Below are positions 11,331 through 23,930 of a stretch of DNA of 52,760 nt, in pieces (the first letter of the stretch is position 1; each line of letters starts with the position of its first letter). Source of the DNA: Klebsormidium nitens. Lineage: Eukaryota > Plantae > Klebsormidiophyceae. A program made the position numbers and the translations under genes. Below the pieces are notes generated by a model. It was given only the letters and a program-made list of their open reading frames with translations, had not been told where the DNA came from and did no database searches. Location: the NCBI GenBank assembly GCA_000708835.1, contig DF237550.1:1-52760 (forward strand), read 5' to 3'.

Positions 11331-14300
11331 AACCATCCGGTTGAAGACTGAGTAACGAGTTTCTGCGACTGACCAGATACTTAGAGCAACAGGTAAGACA
11401 GAAGACCCTCAGAGCCGGCGACGACATGCCGTGTGTCCAACCACCTTCCAAGTAGACGACAGCAAAACTTGGATGAGCCCGCACAAACCGCACCTGAGCT
11501 TCGTCATAGCCTGAACACCAGGATTGAGAACTGGCGCAGGCGATGGAGTAGGAAACTCAAACCTTTCTGAACGGACACCGGCCGTATCAATCGGCAAAAC
11601 GCTGGAGCAGTAGCAGCAACCGGCATGTCAGTGGAAGACTAACACATCAATCATTTAGGGCACCGCAAACGCCGGCAGCACATGTAGGTGCGAAAACCAG
11701 CGACTACTAATTGTCTGTGCAGAAGAGTCATTCCCATGATCGTTACAAACAGACGGCTCAGGTACCGGTCATTTCGGACTCAGAAGTCACTCTTGGGGGA
11801 AAGAAAGCCAGGTACACGCAATTCACCCAAAATTGTGATCCAACGACATGAACGAGTGACGTGACCGAAGGTACTCAGCGCAACGTAATCAAGCCATTTA
11901 CCAAGCAGGCACAGCCAAGTTGCTCGACTTCGAACACGAGTACTCACCGCCAGTACTGGGAAAGCGGAAACCTGCTCAATCCAAGATACACATAGACGAG
12001 ACGCGCTTGCTACAGGAGTCACTTGTAAACAGCAATCGAAGGCGGCGGAAGTGCAAGGGTTTAGATATACAAAATCATGCACCAAACAGGGCCCACGTGG
12101 GATAACCGGAATACTGCCCTAGCAACCCGTGTTGCTGCGGTCGAAAACAAGACTGAAGCAACATCAGAGGACAAATAGTGAGCGATCATGACAGGAGCAA
12201 TCCAGGGCAGAGCTGACCAAAGGAACCTTCTGCCAAGTGTCGATAGACATGCCCGGTCAATCAAGCACTGTCTGCGGTTGTTCTTTGAGACTAGCTAGAT
12301 CGCAAACCAGCTCAGACAAGGCTCCTTTTCTACCGTCCAAACACGGCGACAATACAGCAGGGGACGCCAATGACAACCACACACCGTAACAACGATGCAT
12401 TCGCTCAAGAGTCCGAAAACAAACTAAAAGGGCTGAAAGCTGATGGAAAATGCCATGGGTCGGGGAACGACCAAGAAGCGAGTCGCAGCCCAGCTAGCCT
12501 AGAGTTGTGAAGGGCAGCAAAACGAGTCTTTGCACTCGAAAAAAGGATGGATAACAAGGGACAAGGTTAGTAAAGAAGAACTCTTGTGAACGGGCCAGAG
12601 GAACCGGTCCAAGCCAGCGTAAGCAAAAGCGAAAAGAGCAGGCGATGAAGGATGTCCGCAGCGGGACGAAGAATGGAAAGTGTGCTAGCTTGGTAAAACG
12701 CCGGAGATGAGCGAGGGATAGAAAAAGGTGTCTCGTATCATTACGAGGCTGTCGACCGAGGGACAAAGAGACTCGCGGCGAACAGTGGGGTTTGCTAGCT
12801 CATGAATAATTACGAAAAAAAAGCGACAATTTGGCAAAACAAAACAGATCTGAAGCCGTAAGGACCACCGCGCAAGGAGAAAACTCTGGTCAATTCCACA
12901 GGGAACGTGTCTCGGGAATCATCCTGCAAAAGTGGCCAGATGCGAGTGTTGGCCAGAAGACCTCAACGAGCAAGTTCATATTCAAGCGAGCCACTTTGCG
13001 GCTTTCAAGAAAGGAAAGCGCCACGTCGGAGGAACTCGCGTGGCGCGCCGGACGAAGGTTGCATTTGACCGGAATCAAAGCGAGCGGAATGGAGGATGGA
13101 AGCGAGCATGGAATGGATATCGACCAAGACGCGGGCCGCGCGTGTGGCTGCAGCTGGAACGCAGACGGCAGCGGAGCGAATGGTCGCAGGAAGAAGAGTA
13201 GGATTGTCCCAACGTGGATAGCGGCAGGGAAGAAAGAAAGCCACTTGGCCGGAACACCGAAAAACCGCAAAAGTAGTATCAAGCCGATCAGGCAGTGCAG
13301 ACAACAAGTGCAGTCAACAAGTACCGCAACAGAGCGAGAGAGGAATTGACAAAGAACAAGAAAGTGCACGAAAGTGAATAAGGCTTCCTATTTAGACTAC
13401 TATCATTGGTGCTATCTTTGAGGGAAGCGTGCCAAACAGCAAGGTTTGCGAGCTCATTCTAGGACTGGAAATAATCACTGCGATTGATAGGCAGGAAACG
13501 CTCGGCCGAAAGCTCCGGCAGACCTTAACAAGGCGGGCGCTCACAATACGGCGTTTGTAAACACACGGAGGAATAGTCAAACTGCGTGCTGTTGCTGAGT
13601 TGCTGAAAATTAACTGAACCAGATGCATAATCGGCGAAAGAAGTTCCACATAATGTTGGGTATAAGAAGGACCTGGATACGACCGGCAGACATTATCTTT
13701 TTGGCGGGATTGACGGTAGTACCAACGCTTCCGCCCGATGTAAACCTGGGAAGGAAGGTTCAGAAGTCGGCACCAGATAAGCGCTAAAGTTCGTCACAGG
13801 AACACCCGGACTAGCAGTTGGCAATAAGAAAGGAGTAAAACCGACTCTCGATTTCAGTGGAGCCTTGCAGATTGGTTGTGAGAACCGATTAGCAACATGC
13901 ATCCATGGACAAAAGCAATCCTGGACAGGCTTCGTCGCTTCGCGACATGCCAGCAATGGGTGGCGCAGAAGACAACCACCGACTTCCTTTTTCTGATCAA
14001 CATGAATTTCACGACCTATTCTTTCCAAAAGGATCACCCAAGTAGCGGCCAACGAATACACGCCACCTGTAGTATCCAACCATACACGAAAGTGGAAGGA
14101 GGCAGGATTGCACGTGTCAATACACCCTTTAGGAGGATACCCGCTACACGTCCGGGTTGATGCCCTCAGACGAACAAGACCGAATGCAGAGACTAAAAGG
14201 GAGACCGGCTCTTAGCTTAACTGGAACGGTCGGCGGCTGACCGAAGGACCTGTTGCCGAAATGTCAACGCACAACTCCAGATGATTTGAAAACGTCCATT

Positions 14301-16700
14301 CGCAAATCAGCTCAATTGACTCGAAGGAGGTTCCTATCCTGTTTTCTGAGCTATGCTCAGGCAGAAACGTGGGTTACAAGGCGGGTTAACGGCAAAGAAA
14401 AAGGACGAATTCCGGGCGGCCCAGGCAGAATGCTAGGAATCTGAAAGAGCTTCGACAAGCGGAACATCCCGGCAGGTGAAGCACGGCACGAGCGGAGCGG
14501 AGCTGAAAGTGACGGTAGATGGGGCTGGTGATGGAGACGCCAGAGTGTACACACGCAGAAGGGGCTGGAGATGACGGCTTTGATCAAATCATAAGAGACA
14601 CAGAAATATCGGGACCAGAAAGAGCGGGCCACGAGATGTATGTAGAAGGAAGTGGAGCTAATCGACGATGGAGGGGCGGTTTTGAAGGACGGCGCGCCAG
14701 CCGAAATCTGCATCAAGCATACTACCGGCAATGAAAACGGGCAAAAGGAAAGATGGAAAGAGGAAGAGCACGAAGTGAACATACGACTAGGACGCTAATC
14801 CCCGCGCCCGAAGCGCTGCAGCTAACCAGTGACTCAAAGGCAAACATGCATACGGAATGGAAAGAACAAGCGGAAGGGAAGATGGAAGAGGAGGACAGGG
14901 GGTAGAGATACGATCAGGACGCGAGTTGCGCGCTCGCTCGCAAAGCGCCAGCTGACCCCGGACCGAAGAACATTACATCAAAGGGTTGGACTCGAGGGAC
15001 AACGGCAAAACGACTTACCGACTGGCCGAAGCACCAAAGTCAGCGGAAACGGAGACGAAAAGAGCAGGCGGTGGAGAATGACAGCAACAGAAAGCGGGGA
15101 CAAGCAGCAGAAACACAAAGCGGGGACAAGTGGGGACGAGTGGCCGCAAGGACATGAAAGAAGCGAGGGAGCCAAAAACGAGTCCTGGATTCAGATTGAA
15201 GGCTGCAGACAATGGAATTACTCCTTCGAGGTCGAGCGACGAAAACACATGCCGCGATCAAGCCAGACTGGGACGCTCGTCCTAAAGTATAAACGAAGGT
15301 CCTGAACAATGAAAAGATTGGAAAGTTCAATCGAAAGACTGACCGCGGAAGGAGCCAATGATATCAGGGAGAACCGCAGGCGCAAAAGAAATCAGCCCTC
15401 GAACGAAGCAGAGAGGAGAGACAACATAAACTAGAATTCAGGGTCAAGCAGCATGAAGTCAGCTGCTTTCAGGATGATGCAGCGGCGCGATGGAGGGCTC
15501 TCTCACAAGCATTGGGGCGAATCCGACTAAAGGGCGAAGGGTCACGTGAAACCTTTGGTCTACTGCATGTACGGTCCGTCCGTCTGCAACCTTAATACGT
15601 TGCTACAAGACCGTCGTTTTTGTGACGCAATACCGTCGATGAAGCTTCTGCGAAAGGCAATAGGATTCGGACGGAGAGGACAACGGGGAGTTCCGGTGTG
15701 GATCTTCACGAGACAAAGGAACTTCGCAGACCAGGCGATGACCAAAAGGAAGTCTTGCGGAGCTTGATGTCGTAGGCGGAGCAGCACTCGAAGATGTCCG
15801 GTCTCTGAGAGGTCTGGATTCCATGGTTGGAAACCCAAGAAGGTGGTGAGCGGAGGACGCGCGAGAACTTAAAAATTGAGCCAAGGAGGAGAGTCTTGAT
15901 CGGTCCAGCGACTATTTGAGGAGCTCCGGCAGATCCTGACAGAAAAGAGCAATGGAGTCCGCAACCAGAAGGGACGAGTTACTCGAGAGCAGGATACGTG
16001 CGTCTGCGTGCTTTCCTGCTAAAAGTAGTCCTGAAAAGGATACAATCCGACTTCATGTGGGGGGGAACACGACAAGCAATTCGAACAAGGAAGGAGATCA
16101 AATTCCTTGGGTCAGACTGGATGGCATCAGCGCCTCCGTGCCTCGAAACTTCAAGCATTCTTTCGTTTCCATTCAGCGAAGCCGCTTCGCGGTGCCTTTC
16201 AACCGTCGTAAAAGTTTGTCCCGGGACGGTGAACTTTGGCACTTCGCGCCGGCCATCAACCAGGCGACCTCTGAAAGGATTTGGCAGCTTCGTCAACGGG
16301 TTGCAAGAATCGGCGTGATTCAGTAAGTTGCTTCTCCTCGTTGCTTTATAATTATCTGATTCATTGCGTTGACGTCGGGTTGGCAGCGCCGATTTGACGA
16401 CTTACGGCGAAGTTGGATCGGGTGAGCTTGGCCGTTCAGGACGAGGTGGCTTCAACAGAAACCCGCGGAGCCCGCCGCAGCAGGGTATCAGCCTAGAGTA
16501 CAGTGGACGAAGCACCGTTCAGGACAAAGCCCGGAAGGACTTGAGGTGGCTCCGCTCGTTGGTCATTCATGGTGAGAACCGATCTTTGTGAAGCCCTTCA
16601 AGTGCAGTGGTTTTCAGACAGCGTGCGCGTGCGGGGCTCGCGCTTGCGCCGGGCGAGAACTCGGTCCAAGGAACCAGGTGAGGCTCTTGGACGTGTAGAC
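11331..16700. mobile_element. Gene-free, purine-skewed block, probably decayed transposable element(s)
   Basis: No spliceable gene model or recognisable ORF over ~5.4 kb; the + strand is visibly A/G-rich; flanked by the RT-like remnant and by motif arrays. Confidence 0.25.
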
Positions 16701-16752
16701 TAGCACGCTGTGCAAAAGAAGTTGGCGGTTTCTTTCGTGTCGAACTGCCACG

Positions 16753-17046
16753 TGTAAACCCGCCGTCTGGTTAGTTATCAACCAAACGCTGGTCAAGTGT
16801 AAACCGAGCTCTGGTTGACAGGCAGCCCGACTCCGGTTAGTGGCTAACCGAAGTCTGGTTTAATCTCAACCAGAGCCTGGTCAGTCGTTAACCAGGCCCT
16901 TAACCGTAATCTGGTCGACGGTTAACCAAGCTGTTAACCAACCCCTTGGTTGACCGTCGACCAGGCTTAGGTAAAAACCCTCTCGACCAAAGGTTGGTTA
17001 AGGCTCTGGTTGACGCCTCAACCAAACGTTAACCAGAGTTTAACCA
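16753..17046. repeat. Dense array of TYAACCA/TGGTTRA-type motifs in mixed orientation
   Basis: Roughly two dozen copies of ttaacca/tcaacca/tcgacca or their reverse complements in ~290 bp, several as the palindromic core GGTTAACC/GTTAAC. Confidence 0.75.
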
Positions 17047-17075
17047 GTCTTGGCAGACTGCGAAAACGCCCTGTA

Positions 17076-17117
17076 GGTACGGTACTACGGTACTACGGTA
17101 CTACGGACCTACGGTAC
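17076..17117. repeat. (GGTACTAC)n short tandem repeat
   Basis: Perfect units at 17081-17088, 17089-17096, 17097-17104, then degenerate ggacctac and ggtac. Confidence 0.9.
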
Positions 17118-17189
17118 ATCGTAGCGACATTGTTGTCTGCAGTAGGTGGAAGCAGGAACATGGCGTAACTATTATCTACATACAGTGTT

Positions 17190-17670
17190 CCCCCTGGTGG
17201 CCCACTCCCTGCTAAAATCGCCATCAATGGTCCAAACGGGCCACCAATGGGGGGGTGGAGGTGGCCCAACGGGCCACCATACGGAGGGCCAAGGTGGCCC
17301 GGTGGGCCATCAATCAATGCACCCAACTGGCCTACCTTGGAAGTCAAAGGGCGTATTAGCTTGACATCCTGACAATTTTTCCGAAAAAGCCTGTCAAAAT
17401 GGCTAGTATGCACTATATTTGAAGGAAAATCCCTTCGAGCCGGGCTGTTTTGCCACTGCATCCGACCAAACTTCAGCCCGGGGTCCAAAACAAGTGGAGT
17501 ATAATACTACGACAAATGTGGCATATGCACTATAGTATTTTCTCATCTTGTGATTGTCGATCGTTCAAGAAAGCAGTCGGAAATCCTGATTTTGCGGTGG
17601 GGTTGGGCCATCAATGGTCATGGTCCGGTGGCCCGTTGGGCCACCAACAGAGGGACCCGGGTGGCCCTCC
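17190..17670. repeat. Two clusters of GGTGGCCC/GGGCCACC motifs bracketing an AT-richer core (MITE-like)
   Basis: About 6 motifs at 17195-17312 and about 4 at 17604-17668; GCCATCAATGGTC occurs in both clusters (~17220 and ~17607). Confidence 0.5.
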
Positions 17671-17828
17671 GGCCGTCAATCTAAAAAGTTAGGGGAAACA
17701 CTGTCTACATACCTAAATAAATAAAGTAACCTAAAAGGCATTGTGACCTATAAGGTACTGTACTGTGTAAGAGGACTGTACTTATTAATGATTGCGGGGT
17801 CGTACCCCGCGCTGCGCGGTGCGTACCC

Positions 17829-17962
17829 GAGAAGCAGCCGGGCCTACCCTGGGACATTAGGGTCTCGCAAGCAACCGGGTGACAAGCAGGCCCTCCCTCT
17901 GACATTAGGGTCTCGCAAGCAGCCGGGTCAAAACCGGGCACTTCCCAGTAACATTAGGGTCT
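17829..17962. repeat. ~48-50 bp imperfect tandem repeat containing GACATTAGGGTCTCGCAAGCARCCGGGT
   Basis: Copies at 17853-17880 and 17901-17928, partial copies at 17951-17962 and 17829-17850. Confidence 0.8.
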
Positions 17963-18908
17963 GTCGGTCACATCACCCTAGGTTTTTAGTGTTGCCCGGG
18001 GCCTCACATGTACAGTATTCCTCTACGGTTGAACAAAGTACTTATAGGGAACGTACCTTATACCTAGGCATTAAACTTTATAGTTAGGTATCTAATCTAC
18101 GAGGTGATACTGAACTTCGTCTACAGATCGCTGGGCACCAAAGTTGCCGGAAGCGTGGAATGGAGTACCGAGGCTAGGTACCGGGAAGCCGAAGTAGGCC
18201 GGTAGCTTCTGGAAGGGTTCTGCTGCTAACTTCTGCATGACCGGTTAGCTCAATTTGTTCCAACCGGAATTGACGACTGGGTGAACAGTAATTGCATCAA
18301 GTGGTAACCCGAGTATGCAACCCAACAAAGTCCTGTAAAATTACCAAATTTCCGATTCTACTTTTGCCTCGTTATCCCGGGTGTCGCAATGCGGCGACTC
18401 ACTGTGTGCAGTGTAAACTGAGACAGTCGCTTTTAACCAAGGTTTCCAAGGAGACGTTTTCGACGGCCTCTCAAAATGGCCGTAGATTCTGTTTGACAGA
18501 ATTTTGACGTGAGGTACGATCCGTCACTAAATTCTGTCGCTAAAATGCAAAATTGCCCGCACGCGCGGCATCCAATCCGGCATTTCGACGATAAACGCGC
18601 ATATATGTAGAATATGGACCGATTCTATGGACAACGTGTGCTGAGTTGTAATAGGTAAAGATTGTCTCTGCTGACAGTGAAATGAGGAGAAAGTTCTGCA
18701 TGTCCTGAAACTCAGTCCTGGCGGAAGATCCTTGATGCGTGGCAGTGACGCTCGGCAGGGGCGCTCGTAGCTCCAACACTCCAAAACCTTTGGCGACCTT
18801 TAATACGTAAGAAGAGAAAGGGATGCCTTCCATGCAATCCTGATTTTTGGGAAGCACGAGCATTTCAGAGACTTGGTCGAATGTTTCTGCGAGACGCAAT
18901 CGAGAAAC

Positions 18909-21900
18909 ATGATGGCGTACAAGCCCATACTCATCGTGTACTCTGTTTTGAGTGTCAGTGCTATTGCTTGGCGGGTCCATGATGCTCAGCTTGTGGTACT
19001 GGCAGACGCTAGAATGCAAGGTCTGCCATCAACGCCACTAGATAAGATGCCAGCACTAGCAGGAGTTGCGGGGACAGACAAGACAGCAGCAATTCTGCAT
19101 GCGATGCTTTCCTCAAAAGCTACTGTCCTGGTCTTGGTAAATCTCGGATGGAACGTCTTTGTGCTGGTGTCTCTTTTGACTAAGGTGAGGCGGTCGTCCT
19201 TACCTTATAGCTGTCTTCAGCATTTTGACAGCTCAAAGTTTTCTTCTGGCGCATTAGTACACTCTTGGCAGCGGTGTGCAGCTTTCTTTGTTCAAGCTCT
19301 GAGAACACAAGCATAATCTGATTGATTTTATGTCGTACGCATACTTCTTCTTGACATTGCAGTTGCCCACCACTCTATGATGTAGAATGGGGATTCCATC
19401 AAGTGCCTCACCTTCAGCATTGAGTTTTACCTTTTCAACTTCTGGGATGGAGGGAGTGATCCAAGGTCCAGAGTTTTATCCCTGCAGCCAGGACAAAGGC
19501 GCGAAGTATGGAACATCAGAGCAAAACCTGCAAGTAAACTTTATTTCTATCTGCAGTCGGTATTCTTCGGACGTTTGAGCTACATGGAAACACAGAAACT
19601 GGCGGAGAGACTCATCAATTACATCCTTTTCAAGGTGAGCTGGAGACTCTGTTCCTTTTGAGCATTCTTTTGAGCTCAGTGGACAAGCATCAATTTTGCA
19701 TCGAAATTGGCATGATGCAATTCAAGCATTCAAGTCAGTATCCTGGAAAGGGTCCAAAAGGTGGTTGTGACAAGCAAGTGCCACTAAAGAATCAAGACTC
19801 TGGTGTCACATCATCATACAGTCATCTGGAGCAGAGCAACAGGAAAGGACATGTCGCTTGACAAAAACGATGGCATTGGTCACTTTGGGCCTGCGTTTGC
19901 AGAAGTATTTGTGCTGGGGCTTCCAGCGTTGGATGATTGAGCCTTAATCAATGCCATTGTTCCTTGCAGACTTTCTTCTTGACAGCAGTTGTGGAGTTTG
20001 AGAGCACTGAGATTGCCTTGTGGATGGCCTGGTTTGCGCTTCTTGGATATTTGAAGGTGAGAAAACAACGTCACACATCAACCTTCTAGAAGCGCGATGC
20101 ATCCGTCATTCTGGTCTCTTTGAGATTGAAGCTGTAGCACTTGCTCAAAGTACAGATCCTCATTGATCGTCTCAGTCGCAGAGATGCCCTTCATCTTTTG
20201 TGCTTCTTCATGCAGATGTTCACGGGGTTGGCCAAGGACAGGTTTGAGCGGCTCCACAAGACCCCTGCAGCTTCACAATGGATGCACGGGAAGACCCTTA
20301 TGGTTCTCATTCTTGTCTTGGTATCGGACGCAGCTTGGTGAGCAACCACGTCCAAGAATTTCGAGAGAGAAAGTACATTAATGCTTACCAGTTTGTTTTA
20401 TATATTGACAAGACTACTTGACGTGTTGAAACAGTAACGGATTTTTAGTGGGACCTTTGATATTGTGCGTGCGTTGATGTTCACAATACTGGAGCGCCAG
20501 TTCGGTCACTGATATACTGCATCGTTCCTGCAGGGTCCAGGTCTGTGTCACAGTTTTCAAGGGAGCCGGCATCAGCAACATCTTGCTCCTGCTCTTTGAA
20601 GCGGTCATCATTGCTTTGGACACTATCCAGGTACAGGACAAGACCACGAAAGTTCCGCTTGTTTTTGAGCAAGTGGCCTCAGTCAACTTTCGTTCATCAT
20701 GTGACTTCTTTTCAACTGGCAAATCGAATGGGAAACCTCCTGTCTCTATATGAACTTGGCATGGGGACTTTTGGAGAAGGACTTTCTAAGACAAAAGTAT
20801 TTGTGATGCAGACTCTGACTCAGTACGTGGTGCACCTGAGCGAGTCGTGGGATGTCCCCATCTTCTCCAAGCAGACCCCGGAGTGGCGGCTTGGCTTTCT
20901 ATACCACACAAACCTCCTTGCCGAAGTCATGTTGCAGCTCCTTACTCTGGCGCACTACGTCCACGTCTGGTGCTTGCACGGCATCGCTTTCCAGTTGATC
21001 GATGCTGTCCTGCTCCTGAACATTCGGGTAAGGCGGCACTTTCATGGTCCAAACCTCCACTGTTGCTACAGGGCACGAGGTCGTTGCAAAGGCTCATGTT
21101 AGTTCGAAGCAGAGAAAGGGGTTCTTGCTGGAGTTCAGTCGATTGTTTGGTTGAAGCCCGTGTGCCATTACCTGCTCGATGGTGCCACTGCCACTGACTT
21201 TTGAGCCAACGTATCTATACTGAGGGAAGACTTTCTCTACAAAACCGTAGTTTGGAAAGCTCAAGTTCTTGTGTTCTATTGTTCCTCTACCGAACAAGAT
21301 TTTGCTGTTTCTTGCCAGGCCATCTTGAGTTCCCTCATGAAAAAGCTCAGCGCATTTCTCGCATATCGAGCCGCCACTCGCAACCTCCGCGAGGCGTTCC
21401 CTGATGCCACGGAGGCGCAGCTGGCGGAGTGCAATGACGACTGTGCCATCTGCAAGGAGCCGATGTACACTGCCAAGCAGCTGCCCTGCAGGCACCTCTT
21501 CCACCTGTCGTGCCTGCGTTCCTGGTAAGGACGGTAGTGATTGTCGGCGGAGGGTCCCTGGAGGAAGCTAGCGGTTGTCCGGAGCGCTTTCGCTCCTCTT
21601 TGATCATCACGAGCTTGTTTCTTTGGGTGCTCATCATGTTTTTTTCCCTCTCGTCCCAGGTTGCAGATCAGAGCCACCTTGTTCTTCGGGGTCAGGACCC
21701 TCCAGACAAGATACTCTGCGATGCACACAATTCCCGCTCAGCTCCTTCGCAGACGGACGGCGCAGATTGTCCCAAAGTCTCTACCTCCCTCCTTGCAGGT
21801 TCGACCAAGGGTCGGACGACAGCTACACGTGCCCCACTTGCCGCACGTCGCTCAGCGGCAAGTACAAGTCCTCCAGCTCAGCAGCCAGGGCGGCAGCAGA

Positions 21901-23083
21901 GAGCGTGCTGGTTGAGCGGCACCAGCAAGAGGCTCTCTTCCAGGCGCGCGCCGTCAACCGCTACCAGGAGGAGTTGGCTCGACTGAGGGGCAGGGCGGGC
22001 GGGCAAGCCTCGGTTGCAGCAAGGCAGGCGGTCGGAGGCGCAGCCGGCCAGGGGAACGGTAGACCTGCGGAGATTATGGAGGGACCGGACGCGGGTGCCG
22101 ACGATTTGAGCAACGAGAGCGGATACGGGGGGGTGGGTTCGCAGCAAGATGCAGGACCGGCTTCAGTTGCTGGAACCGGTTTCCGAGATGAGCCGAGCCC
22201 GCTCAACGGGGCTCCGGACCTCTATCGGACCGCAGGGGGGCAGTTGTTGTCGGACGCTGGAGAGGGGCTGAACGTGGGGCGGCTGCTCGCCGGGATTGGT
22301 TTAGCCGGGGCCCGAAGACGCTGGCAGTGGCCATTAAGTCAGAACGATGGGGACTCTCAGTTGCATGGTCCCGGTGCTTCGACGCTGCCTCGAGATCGAT
22401 GGACAGATCGACGCTCGCAGCCGTCAAACGCCGTCAGAAGCGGTGCAAGTCGCAGTGGTGAGTTCAACTGGGACTTCGGCCAAGCGGGCCCGTCTTTTGC
22501 CTCGGAGAGTCGGAGCGGGAGACGTAACGACGTCAGCAGGGAAGCCGCACTGCTTCGGGAGCAGAGCGCGACAGCACGGAGAACAAGGGCGGCTGGCAAC
22601 GGGGAACCGGAAGTCAGCACGAGGCTGGCGGAAATGGTGGCGACCGTAAGGGGCGTCCTTCCAGACGTACCGGAACAAGCCGTCTTACGGGTGAGTGTCC
22701 TGCAGCTTCTGCTGCTGGGCTGGCTTGGCTCCATGCCAGGCAGTCGTTCTGAGAAATGCGAACCAAGAAGCAAGGGGCAGAAGCAGAAAGATGCCGACTG
22801 AATAGCCGTGTAACTTTGGGATCGGATACGGCGAATAGTACCTACGTCCTCAGGGGTACGCCTTGCCTTGAGATATGTCTGTGCGTTCTTTTACTGGCCG
22901 CTGAGTTTCGGTGTCCGAATCTACGCTGTGATGCGTCATCTTAAGCTGGAATCAAGTAACGCACCTTTCAGTACGGCTTTTGGTGAAAAGAAGGTCCGGG
23001 CTAACATCTCGTGGTTCTCCCTGCAGGAACTTCGAAGAACTAACTCGGTTGGGGCCGCTATTAACAATCTGATTGATGCTTGA
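18909..23083 (+). CDS. Multi-pass membrane RING-H2 E3 ubiquitin ligase with C-terminal CUE domain (RIN2/RIN3 / gp78-AMFR / HRD1-like family)
   Basis: Exons encode LFFGRLSYMETQKLAERLINYILFK, MFTGLAKDRFERL, HYVHVWCLHGIAFQLIDAVLLLNIR, RING-H2 DDCAICKEPMYTAKQLPCRHLFHLSCLRSW...TCPTCR (21319-21524 and the exon from 21799), and CUE LAEMVATVRGVLPDVPEQAVLR|ELRRTNSVGAAINNLIDA*. Confidence 0.92.
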
Positions 23084-23930
23084 AGGGGGCAAGCTTTCCC
23101 ATCGACTCTACTGGATGTACGATGATAGGTCCTGGTAGTACATTGAACTGAACTTGGTTTTGCTGGCTGAACTTCCACTACCGCCAGATCAGGCGAAGCA
23201 AGTGTGTTGAAGAGCACATTTGCCCACGAAATTATTACCATGCAAGTACCACTGACCGCTTCATAAATGGATACCCCCGTCAAGACAGTGTTTGTGACAG
23301 TTACGTTCTCTGCAGCATGACCGGCCACGGCATTTCATCATGTACAACTTTTCTGGATCGGAGACAAGTAGGTTGACAACTGCAGATTAAGACCAGTATC
23401 ATTCAGTGCGGCCTTTGACACATGCGCCTGTACAGTTTTGATGGACATGGTACGATCAACACGTATTGATCGGACAGACGCGTAAACACTAGCTTTTGCA
23501 TAGTGGCTGGCCCTTATGGAAGCATGGGTGACTAAGCATGCGCTATAACAAGCTGATGCCGCCAATATCGCAAAGTCATGCTGTTAAAGAGTGGTATCAA
23601 TATTGGGCATAAGCGCTGGCCTAAGCGGGCTGAGGCTCTCACGACCACGACATGCCAGCGGCCCAGGGCTCATGGAATATCATGCGGAGAGGCCTGCATG
23701 ACCATTTCGCGCTTTATGCCTGCAACCGGACTCTAGAAAAGCCTGCTGCCCCCTGCAGCTAGAATGAGAGTGAATAGCAACGACATCTCGCTCGATCTGA
23801 GGACTACAAAGAAGGCGTCTAGACCACATTATTTACGCTCGCTTAAGGTGCCTGCAAGTTGAAAGTTCTAGACAAATCCTACGCTGGCATTTTCAAGGTC
23901 GCGACTATCCTATACGCGTAAGTCTCACTT

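Noticed and set aside
12831-15305. 172-aa and 158-aa plus-strand ORFs in the skewed block
   Set aside because: R/K/G/E-rich composition follows from the purine skew; no gag, endonuclease or RT motifs recognised.
16753-17962. Repeat arrays as CRISPR or telomere
   Set aside because: No constant repeat/unique spacer structure, eukaryotic context, and only isolated TTAGGG hexamers.
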